Shown: positions 56,688 through 64,000 of the stretch, in pieces
How positions within the stretch are numbered: the first letter of the stretch is position 1
How the letters are laid out: every line of letters starts with the position of its first letter
From: an uncultured Planctomycetaceae bacterium
Lineage (GTDB): Bacteria; Planctomycetota; Planctomycetia; Planctomycetales; Planctomycetaceae
Assembly (NCBI GenBank): GCA_963815195.1
Contig: CAWFGE010000015.1
Span: forward strand, 576,001-640,000
DNA length: 64,000 nt
Reading direction: 5' to 3'
Program-made: the position numbers and the translations under genes
Notes under the pieces: model-generated
What the model was told of the DNA's origin: nothing
Database searches by the model: none
What the model saw: the letters and a program-made list of their open reading frames with translations, nothing else

Positions 56688-57094
56688 AAGGGCCTCTCCC
56701 CTGCTCTGGGCTGTTACCTACGGGTTTTGAAAAATTTGCCTAACGTCCGATAATCTCGCGAGGATGTTTTCGCCTTTTTACAAAACTTGAGCGGATTTTC
56801 CCAGTTCTCGGGAAAAATGACATAGACATCCATATTTATCCGTATTTTTCCCCAAACCGGCCGGTCTGTCGAGCGAAATTCCGACCGAAATCGTCCAAAA
56901 ACGAACAATTCGCGCGAAGTGTTGGACTGCGAAGAGTTTTTCTGCTGGGGATTGTGGAGAAAATCGTTGGCATCCCAAGGATTGGAAGGCCAATACTTCG
57001 CGCCTGAGGATTTGCGCGCGGACACTTCGGTTCCCAAGCATCTTTTCGGGAAAGGTCAGCCCTTATAAAGATTAGCCCACAAAAAGTTGGGATC

Positions 57095-57865
57095 CTAAGC
57101 ATTTTCTTGGAGGAGTTCGAGCAGCTTGTTGTCCGCGGGGTACGGATGGCCCTTGTGCTGCCGAAACGCCTCGCCGAAGTCGGCCCCGACTTCCCTGCCC
57201 CGGGCTTCGCTCCAGCGGCGGTTGCTTTCGAGGTATTCATCGATGCCGTGCTGCTGCCGGAGCCAGGCCCGCTGGCTGTCGTGGCAGGCGAGCATGCTCT
57301 GTTTGAGCTCGAACGTCGCGGAAATATCGATGACGAACTCCGGCGGGATCGGCTGGCCGAAGTAATCCACGCCTTCGATCGCATCCACATAATACAGGTG
57401 CGGGATCTTGGACAGCGGCGGCGCGGGATCCCATTGGCGGGTCGAATAATGCGGGACCGAGGCATTGAAGCACGCATCCCGCACGAGCCGGCTCGTGACT
57501 TCGTGATCGCTCATATAATCCACGGGAGGAGCCGTGATCACAATGTCCGGCCGAGCTCGGCGAATGGCTTCGGCCACGCGGTGCCGGCTGTCGTTGTCGA
57601 AGCAGATCGACAAATCCCGAAACTCAAGGCACTGGTACTCCGCCCCCAACAGTTCCGCCGACTTCGCCGCTTCGCCTCGGCGGACCTTGGCGATTTCGTC
57701 GGGCGGCAATTCCGCGCTGCCCAAGTCGCCGGGCGTCATCGTCGCCATCACAATCTCGCAGCCCCGCTGCTTAAGCAAAGCCAGCGTCGCCGCGCACTGA
57801 AATTCCAGATCATCGGGATGGGCATGAATCGCCAACACCCGCACGGCAGAAGAACCATCGGACAT
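57095..57865 (-). CDS. PIG-L/LmbE family deacetylase
   Basis: AHPDDLE, RRGEA, SDHE, HDSQ. Confidence 0.9.
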   Translation of the reverse strand: MSDGSSAVRVLAIHAHPDDLEFQCAATLALLKQRGCEIVMATMTPGDLGSAELPPDEIAKVRRGEAAKSAELLGAEYQCLEFRDLSICFDNDSRHRVAEAIRRARPDIVITAPPVDYMSDHEVTSRLVRDACFNASVPHYSTRQWDPAPPLSKIPHLYYVDAIEGVDYFGQPIPPEFVIDISATFELKQSMLACHDSQRAWLRQQHGIDEYLESNRRWSEARGREVGADFGEAFRQHKGHPYPADNKLLELLQENA

Positions 57866-57928
57866 AACAAGTTCTCGAGAAGATCCAGGATGAGACTACG
57901 ATTAAAAGACCCGTAAGTGGGATTGATG

Positions 57929-58008
57929 TGAGCGGTACGGCGCTAGCCGCCGGCCGAGTAGAGACCACGCAAACTTACACAGGCCGGGGGCTAGCGCCCA
58001 GCCGCTCA
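57929..58008. repeat. REPIN, TGAGCGG family; supplies the apbE stop codon
   Basis: TGAGCGGTACGGCGCTAGCCGCCGGCC ... GGCCGGGGGCTAGCGCCCAGCCGCTCA. Confidence 0.85.
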
Positions 58009-59082
58009 TTTTTCAGGTTTATCGGACAGACTCTTCGTGCCTTCGTGGTTCTCTCTTTTTTCATTGTCATTGGGAGCGAGACAATCCGCGAATCGCTTCG
58101 ACGCAAACGTGCGGCGGGGTTCGCCTAAGACGATGAACGCGGCGGTGTCTTTTGTGGATTCGACGAGTTTCAAGCCCGCTTCGGGACCGAGGACGCTCAC
58201 CGCGGAGGCGAGGCTGTCGGCTTCCATGCCGGTGGGGGCGATAATCGTCACGCTGGACCGCTGCGTCAATCCCAGGCCCGTTTTTGGATTGACGATGTGC
58301 GAATACCGCGTGCCCGCGATTTCCACGAACTGAAACGCATCGCCCGAGGTCGCGACCGCGGCGTTTTTGATTTCCAGAATCCGGCTCGGCGGGCCGTCGG
58401 TTTGTTCGAGCGGAGCGATCCCGATCCGCCAACCGGCTTTCCCCGGCGGCGGATCGCCCAGCACCAGGTCGCCCCCGGCGTCGATCATCACCCGCGAAAC
58501 GCCGTTTTCCCGCAACGCCGCGAGCGCCGCATCCCCGGCGTATCCCTTGGCGATCCCGCCCAGATCGAGCCGCATGCTTTGTTGCGCGAGCGTCACGCGG
58601 CGGCGTTTCTCATCGAGCTTGACCTTTTGATAACCGACCGCTTGGAGAGCTTCTTTGAGGCGGTCAGCATCGGGGAGTTCTTTCTGCCAACGCGCCCGCC
58701 GCCATAACCGCACCACCGGCCCCACGGTCACGTCAAACGCCCCGTGACTTCGCTTGGAAACGTCCTGGGCGTGCTTTAAGACCATAAACAAATCGCCGCT
58801 CACGGGCACCGCCTTTCCCGGCTCGGCCCGGTCGCAGAGTTGACGCAGTTCGCTTTCGGGGTTGTAATCGCTCATGCGGCGATCCACGTCCGCGATGCGG
58901 TCGAAAGCCGCCTTTGCCGCCTTGTTTGCGATGCCTTCATCCGGGGCGTATAATGTGAACTTGACCAAAATTCCCATATGCTTCTCTTCGTAGGAGAACC
59001 GTTGGAGCGGTTTCCCATCGGCGGCATTTACGGGGCGAAAGGCGGTTCCCCAAAGAACCGCGAGCATCGTCAGGTATCTCAT
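58006..59082 (-). CDS. apbE: FAD:protein FMN transferase ApbE
   Basis: [40 protein letters not shown]. Confidence 0.92.
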   Translation of the reverse strand: MRYLTMLAVLWGTAFRPVNAADGKPLQRFSYEEKHMGILVKFTLYAPDEGIANKAAKAAFDRIADVDRRMSDYNPESELRQLCDRAEPGKAVPVSGDLFMVLKHAQDVSKRSHGAFDVTVGPVVRLWRRARWQKELPDADRLKEALQAVGYQKVKLDEKRRRVTLAQQSMRLDLGGIAKGYAGDAALAALRENGVSRVMIDAGGDLVLGDPPPGKAGWRIGIAPLEQTDGPPSRILEIKNAAVATSGDAFQFVEIAGTRYSHIVNPKTGLGLTQRSSVTIIAPTGMEADSLASAVSVLGPEAGLKLVESTKDTAAFIVLGEPRRTFASKRFADCLAPNDNEKRENHEGTKSLSDKPEK

Positions 59083-59126
59083 TGATGGACCTCGAAAGTC
59101 GTCTCTTATTTCACAGGAATCCAAAC

Positions 59127-60191
59127 GTGTTCAACATAAACCGCCTTTGGAGTGCTCTGCAAGTGGCCGGGGTCTTGATTGCTGGGCTGTTCGCCGGTTT
59201 CGTCCCTCAAACTCAAGGGGCGGACCAATCGGACAAGCCCGCCGCGAAGATGGAGGCCTACACCGAGACGATCCCCGACACGGAAATCAAGTTCGAGATG
59301 CTGCCGATCCCCGGTGGGGAATTTGTGATGGGCAGCCCCAAGACCGAACCGAACCGCAAGCCCGACGAAGGTCCGCAGCACAAGGTCAAGATCGAGCCGT
59401 TCTGGATGGAGAAGCACGAAGTCACCTGGAACGAGTACGACATTTGGAGCTTTAATCTGGACATTCAGCGGCGGAAGCTCAAAGGGGCGAATCCGTCGGC
59501 CTTGGATAAAATCGCCGACGCCGTCACCCGCCCGACAAAGCCCTACACCGACATGACGTTCGACATGGGCCACGACAATTATCCCGCCATCTGCATGACG
59601 CAGCTCGCGGCGAAGATGTACTGCAAATGGCTCTCGGCGAAGACCGGCCATTATTACCGGCTGCCCACGGAAGCCGAGTGGGAATACGCCTGCCGAGCCG
59701 GGACGACGACCGCGTATTCGTTCGGCGACGATCCGAAAAAGCTCAGCGAGTACGGCTGGTATTACGACATCAGCGACGACAAATACCACCCCGTCATGCA
59801 GAAGAAGCCGAATCCCTGGGGGCTTTACGACATGCACGGGAACGTCTCGGAATGGGTGCTCGATCAGTACGATGCCGACTTCTATCAGAAGTTCAAGGGC
59901 GTGAAAGTCGCGAGCTTTCCAGAGACGTATAGCGTCCCCGAGAAACTTTATCCGCGCGTGGTCCGCGGCGGATCGTGGGACAACGATCCCGAAGGCTTGC
60001 GGAGTGCCGCGCGGTATGCCTCGACGCCGGATTGGAAAATCCAAGACCCGCAGATCCCGCAGAGCATCTGGTATCACACCGACGCGTTGCACGTGGGCTT
60101 CCGCGTGGTCCGGCCGCTGAACCCGCCGACGGAAGCCGAGAAACAAAAGCTGAAACTGGAACCGATCGCGAAAGACCTCGTGAAGAAATAA
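59127..60191 (+). CDS. secreted FGE-sulfatase (SUMF1-like) domain protein
   Basis: [55 protein letters not shown]. Confidence 0.9.
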   Translation: MFNINRLWSALQVAGVLIAGLFAGFVPQTQGADQSDKPAAKMEAYTETIPDTEIKFEMLPIPGGEFVMGSPKTEPNRKPDEGPQHKVKIEPFWMEKHEVTWNEYDIWSFNLDIQRRKLKGANPSALDKIADAVTRPTKPYTDMTFDMGHDNYPAICMTQLAAKMYCKWLSAKTGHYYRLPTEAEWEYACRAGTTTAYSFGDDPKKLSEYGWYYDISDDKYHPVMQKKPNPWGLYDMHGNVSEWVLDQYDADFYQKFKGVKVASFPETYSVPEKLYPRVVRGGSWDNDPEGLRSAARYASTPDWKIQDPQIPQSIWYHTDALHVGFRVVRPLNPPTEAEKQKLKLEPIAKDLVKK

Positions 60192-60236
60192 CTCCGATAA
60201 ATCCTCGAACCGACCTTTAACCTCCTGGAGAAAACC

Positions 60237-61559
60237 ATGACGACGCCCAAAGAGACGCCAAAACCCAGCCGACGCGATTTTGTGAAGACCTCGGCCGCTG
60301 CCGCCGTGGGAGCCGGGCTTCTGGGAACGTTCGCAGCCCCGGCGGGCGCTTATGCCGCGGAGGATGACACGATCAAAATCGGTCTGGTCGGTTGCGGCGG
60401 CCGCGGGACTGGGGCGGCGACGCAGGCTCTCTCCACCAAGGGCAACGTGAAGCTCATCGCAATGGCCGACGCCTTCCGCGATCAGTTGGATAGCAGTCTC
60501 AACAATATCAAACGCCGGCACGCCGACCGCGTGGCTGTCGATGACGACCACAAGTTCGTGGGCTTCGACGCCTACAAACAGTTGATCGACAGCGGCGTGG
60601 ACCTGGTGATCCTCGCGACGCCTCCCGGCTTTCGGCCGATCCATGTCGAAGCCGCGGTCAAAGCCGGCAAGCACGTCTTCATGGAAAAACCCGTCGCCAC
60701 CGACGCCCCGGGCGTCCGCAAAGTCCTCGCGGCGGTCGAAGAAGCCAAGAAGAAGAACCTGAAGCTCGGCGTGGGCCTGCAACGGCATCATCAAAACACG
60801 TACAACGCCACGATCGACGAGCTCAAGGACGGCGCGATCGGGGACATCATCGCCCTCCGCGTGTACTGGAACGGCGGCGGCGTGTGGGATCCCCGCAGAA
60901 GCCGCGACCAGGTCTCGAGCGAAATGGAATACCAGATGCGCAACTGGTACTACTACACCTGGCTGTGCGGAGACCACATCTGCGAGCAGCACATTCACAA
61001 TCTGGACGTCGGCTGCTGGGTGAAAGACGCCTACCCCGTGAAGGCCTACGGCATGGGCGGGCGGGAAGTGCGCATCGATCCCAAGTACGGGCAGATCTTC
61101 GACCACTTCGCCGTGGAATACGAGTTCGCCGACGGCACGAGGATGTACAGCCAATGCCGGCACATCCCCAACTGCTGGAACAGCGTTTCCGAGCACGCCC
61201 ACGGCTCGAAGGGCTTCGCCGACATCGGCGGGGCGAGCTATAAGAACAACGACGGCAACACCTGGCGATACCGGGGGCCGAAGAACAACCCCTACCAGAC
61301 GGAGCACGACGACCTGTTTGCCGCGATCCGCCAGGACACGCCCTACAACGAAGGCGAATACGGGGCCCATAGCACGCTGACCGCGATCCTGGGCCGGGCC
61401 GCGACGTACTCGGGCAAGCCCATCACCTGGGACGAGTGCCTCCATTCCGACCTCAGCCTGATGCCCAAGGAGTTTTCCTTCGAAGCCGACCCGCCCGTGC
61501 TGCCCAACGACCAAGGCCGTTATCCGGTCCCCGTCCCCGGCGTCACCAAAGCGGTTTAG
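60237..61559 (+). CDS. Tat-exported Gfo/Idh/MocA oxidoreductase
   Basis: [37 protein letters not shown]. Confidence 0.92.
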   Translation: MTTPKETPKPSRRDFVKTSAAAAVGAGLLGTFAAPAGAYAAEDDTIKIGLVGCGGRGTGAATQALSTKGNVKLIAMADAFRDQLDSSLNNIKRRHADRVAVDDDHKFVGFDAYKQLIDSGVDLVILATPPGFRPIHVEAAVKAGKHVFMEKPVATDAPGVRKVLAAVEEAKKKNLKLGVGLQRHHQNTYNATIDELKDGAIGDIIALRVYWNGGGVWDPRRSRDQVSSEMEYQMRNWYYYTWLCGDHICEQHIHNLDVGCWVKDAYPVKAYGMGGREVRIDPKYGQIFDHFAVEYEFADGTRMYSQCRHIPNCWNSVSEHAHGSKGFADIGGASYKNNDGNTWRYRGPKNNPYQTEHDDLFAAIRQDTPYNEGEYGAHSTLTAILGRAATYSGKPITWDECLHSDLSLMPKEFSFEADPPVLPNDQGRYPVPVPGVTKAV

Positions 61560-61573
61560 TGCAAAACGCTGGA

Positions 61574-61638
61574 TCAGCCGGAACGCGTTAGCGCCCGCTT
61601 CGCTCAATCGAGAACCGGGGCGAGCGCCCTGCGGCTAA
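61574..61638. repeat. REPIN, T(T/C)AGCCG variant of the TGAGCGG family
   Basis: TCAGCCGGAACGCGTTAGCGCCCG ... AACCGGGGCGAGCGCCCTGCGGCTAA; matching single arm at 23178-23203. Confidence 0.65.
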
Positions 61639-61670
61639 TTCATTAGACCCAGCCGAACAAATCCACAAGC

Positions 61671-61703
61671 AAGCAGGCTGCGAAGATTCGCGGCCTGCTT
61701 TTT
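61671..61703 (+). terminator. intrinsic terminator
   Basis: AGCAGGCTGCGAA-GA-TTCGCGGCCTGCT followed by a T run. Confidence 0.75.
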
Positions 61704-61728
61704 CTATCGCCTTTGGAATTCTTCTCGC

Positions 61729-63294
61729 ATGAAACGCGCCCCGGTGCTTTTTCTCTTGGCCCTCGTCTTCAGCGGCTTGGCGCTCGGGGTGTTGTGGGGC
61801 TGGAAGATTCCCTTGGGCGTTCCGGGCGAGTGGACGTGGGGACGGATTCCAATCCAGGGCACCGACGCGTGGGACGTGGCGCTGTGCGGATTGGGATGCG
61901 CACTGGCCGGGGCACTTTATGCCGGCCTGGTGCGCGCGGGAGCGACGCGAATCGACGAAGCGGGATTTCTCGAATCGAGTTTCTGGCTGGCGACTCTCAC
62001 GGCGGCGGCGTTCGGTTGGCTGATCATCTTGGAACTCAGCCCGCCCGCGGGGTTCGGGTTATCGAAGTCGGCCTGGGTGCTGTATTATCCCGGCCCGTCC
62101 GGATACTTCCACGAAGCCCGCTACCGGAAGGAAACGACCGGCGAGTATTTGGCGAACTACGAGAAAGATATTCAATCCCAAGACGTCAAGCGGCGGGTGC
62201 TGCACCACGGGACGCATCCGCCGGGGTTGTTTCTGTGTTATCGGGGTCTGATCCACCTCTGCGAATCCTCGCCGGGCCTGGTGAGGGTCCTGCTGCAAAC
62301 CGAGCCGCCGTCGGTGTCGGGGATGTTCGACGAGATCGCCTCCCAAAACCGCCGGACCGGCAGAATTCTGAAGGACAGCGACCGGGCCGTCATCTGGCTG
62401 ATGACGCTGATCACGCATCTTCTGGGGGCGGCGGTTGTCGCGCCTTTGTTTTTCCTGGCCCGGCATATCGCCTCGAAACCGGCCGCCTGGACCGCCGCCG
62501 CGTTCTGGCCGCTCCTGCCGGCTCTCGCCGTGTTCCTGCCCAAGTCGGACGTGCTTTACGCTTTTTTCGGCACGCTGTTCCTCGCGGTGTGGCTGTCCGG
62601 TTGGAGTCGGCGATGTTTCCTAAGGTGTTTTTTGGCGGGAGGAATTTTTGGGGGCGGGATGCTGTTCAGCCTGGCCTTGTTGCCGGTGGGTTTGCTCGCG
62701 GCCCTCATCACGATTTGGGAGGTGGTCTTCGCTTCGGACCGCGACACGAAACGGTCGCGTGCCAAATCCGCGGGACGGTTGGTTTTAGCGGCCGGGTTGG
62801 GATTTCTCGTGCCGACATTGGCGATGGGACTCGTTTGGGGCCTGAATCTGCCGGCGGTGTGGTGGCTGAACTATCAGAATCACGCCGAGTTCTATCAGCA
62901 CTTCCCGCGGAGCTATGGGACGTGGCTCGCGGTCAATCCGCTGGAAACATTTTTCGCCTTGGGAGCCCCCGCGGCGGTGCTGTTTCTCGCGGCGTGGGTC
63001 CGGCTGTGGAAAGACCGAAACAGCCTGCCCCGCGAAACCTGGGGCGCCTACGCGGGGTTCGCGGCGGTGATGGGACTCTTGTGGATCACGGGAAAAAACC
63101 GCGGGGAAGCCGCCCGGCTGTGGCTCGTGGTCTTTCCGTATTTCCTCTGGCTCTCCGCCCGGATATGGGAACCCGATCCATCGCCCCCGCCCCATAATCG
63201 CCCGGCCGCATCCCCCCTGCCCTTCCTGGCGCTGCAATTGATCGTGTGCTGGTTCACCGTCGTCCGCGTGAACGGGTTTCCGTTACCGTTATGA
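61729..63294 (+). CDS. polytopic membrane protein, probable GT-C superfamily glycosyltransferase
   Basis: about 11 TM helices, THPPG, PKSD, GEAARLW motifs. Confidence 0.65.
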   Translation: MKRAPVLFLLALVFSGLALGVLWGWKIPLGVPGEWTWGRIPIQGTDAWDVALCGLGCALAGALYAGLVRAGATRIDEAGFLESSFWLATLTAAAFGWLIILELSPPAGFGLSKSAWVLYYPGPSGYFHEARYRKETTGEYLANYEKDIQSQDVKRRVLHHGTHPPGLFLCYRGLIHLCESSPGLVRVLLQTEPPSVSGMFDEIASQNRRTGRILKDSDRAVIWLMTLITHLLGAAVVAPLFFLARHIASKPAAWTAAAFWPLLPALAVFLPKSDVLYAFFGTLFLAVWLSGWSRRCFLRCFLAGGIFGGGMLFSLALLPVGLLAALITIWEVVFASDRDTKRSRAKSAGRLVLAAGLGFLVPTLAMGLVWGLNLPAVWWLNYQNHAEFYQHFPRSYGTWLAVNPLETFFALGAPAAVLFLAAWVRLWKDRNSLPRETWGAYAGFAAVMGLLWITGKNRGEAARLWLVVFPYFLWLSARIWEPDPSPPPHNRPAASPLPFLALQLIVCWFTVVRVNGFPLPL

Positions 63295-63370
63295 GTTTCG
63301 CTCGGGCAAAGCGAAACCTTCCCTCGAGTTCCGCTCGCCGCCGGGCGGGTGGTTTGTCGATACTTGAAAT

Positions 63371-64000
63371 ATGGGGATCTTCTTTCGTCACGCGCCCGCG
63401 TTCTGTTTGTGCCGAGCCTTGGGGCTGGTCTGTTTGTGGGGGCTTTTCGGCTGTTGGGCGAAGCCGCTCGAATATGTTGAAGTCAAACGCATCGACGAGG
63501 CGGTGACCGAGACGGAACTCGATGCGTTTTTGGAAGTCGTCCGTCTGCTGCCCGAGGAAAAACTGCCGGAATTGCAGCCGATCTACCGCCCGCCCGCCCG
63601 CTGGAGCGCGGGGCGAACGCTGCCGGTGAGTGAACTCGTCAACGAAGAGACGGCTCAGATCGAACGCCCTTGGGACACGAAGCATTTGGCCCAGGAGGTG
63701 GAAACCAACCGCCGGCTGCAACGGGTGCTCCGCCGCGTGGAGATGACGCCGGAGCAGTTCATGGGGCTGATGCTCGCGGTGGGGACGGCGATGAATCGCA
63801 GCCGGCTGCCCGAAGACTACGACTTCGACAGCCTGATTCAGCACGGCCAGCAGGTGATCACCCGCCTCAAGCGGAACCGCACGCCGTTTGTCGATTACAG
63901 CCCCGATCGGCAGTTTTCCGTCATGCGCGAGGCGATCTGGCTGAACCGCGTCGACCGGGCCAAGCGGCTCCGCGACGTCCCGCGGGAAAACGTGGAACTC
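63371..64000 (+). CDS. probable lipoprotein, runs off the window
   Basis: ATG at 63371, lipobox-like LFGC, open frame PLEYVEVKRIDEAVTETELDAFL... to the edge. Confidence 0.6.
   Translation, partial: MGIFFRHAPAFCLCRALGLVCLWGLFGCWAKPLEYVEVKRIDEAVTETELDAFLEVVRLLPEEKLPELQPIYRPPARWSAGRTLPVSELVNEETAQIERPWDTKHLAQEVETNRRLQRVLRRVEMTPEQFMGLMLAVGTAMNRSRLPEDYDFDSLIQHGQQVITRLKRNRTPFVDYSPDRQFSVMREAIWLNRVDRAKRLRDVPRENVEL

Overview
High-GC bacterial chromosome segment, almost certainly Planctomycetota (two DUF1501 genes, a planctomycete-type cytochrome c protein, Hanks-type kinases with long Pro/Ala linkers). It is mostly housekeeping: glyA, larE, thiO, dtd, the pheA-tpiA-secG-yicC-gmk-rpoZ-coaC block, dnaK-clpB, accA and apbE. 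About a dozen genes, including essential ones, carry single-base frameshifts that most likely reflect long-read indel errors. Intergenic regions are full of REP/REPIN-like palindromes from several families. The most unusual region is 48.1-52.5 kb. There, a truncated REP-associated HUH (RAYT-type) transposase sits in a cassette-like mosaic whose joints coincide with REP ends. The mosaic contains an Imm22-like immunity gene bracketed by 87-bp direct repeats, a second small orphan gene, a 22-codon RHS-like fragment, a synonymously diverged second copy of the 5' end of the neighbouring ABC ATPase gene, a DUF389 gene and a beheaded DAC-fold gene. This suggests REP/RAYT-mediated gene capture. Other highlights: a REPIN inserted in-frame in a BRCT-MerR-TPR gene; tandem amplification of REP arms; a sigma-54-type promoter with repeated upstream operators at dnaK; an ApbE / FGE-sulfatase-domain / Tat oxidoreductase locus with a non-canonical candidate flavinylation motif; a bacterial myo-inositol oxygenase next to a PLC-like phosphodiesterase; an orphan toxin-tip/immunity pair; and a candidate structured ncRNA between secG and yicC. 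All product calls come from motif recognition only; no searches were run.
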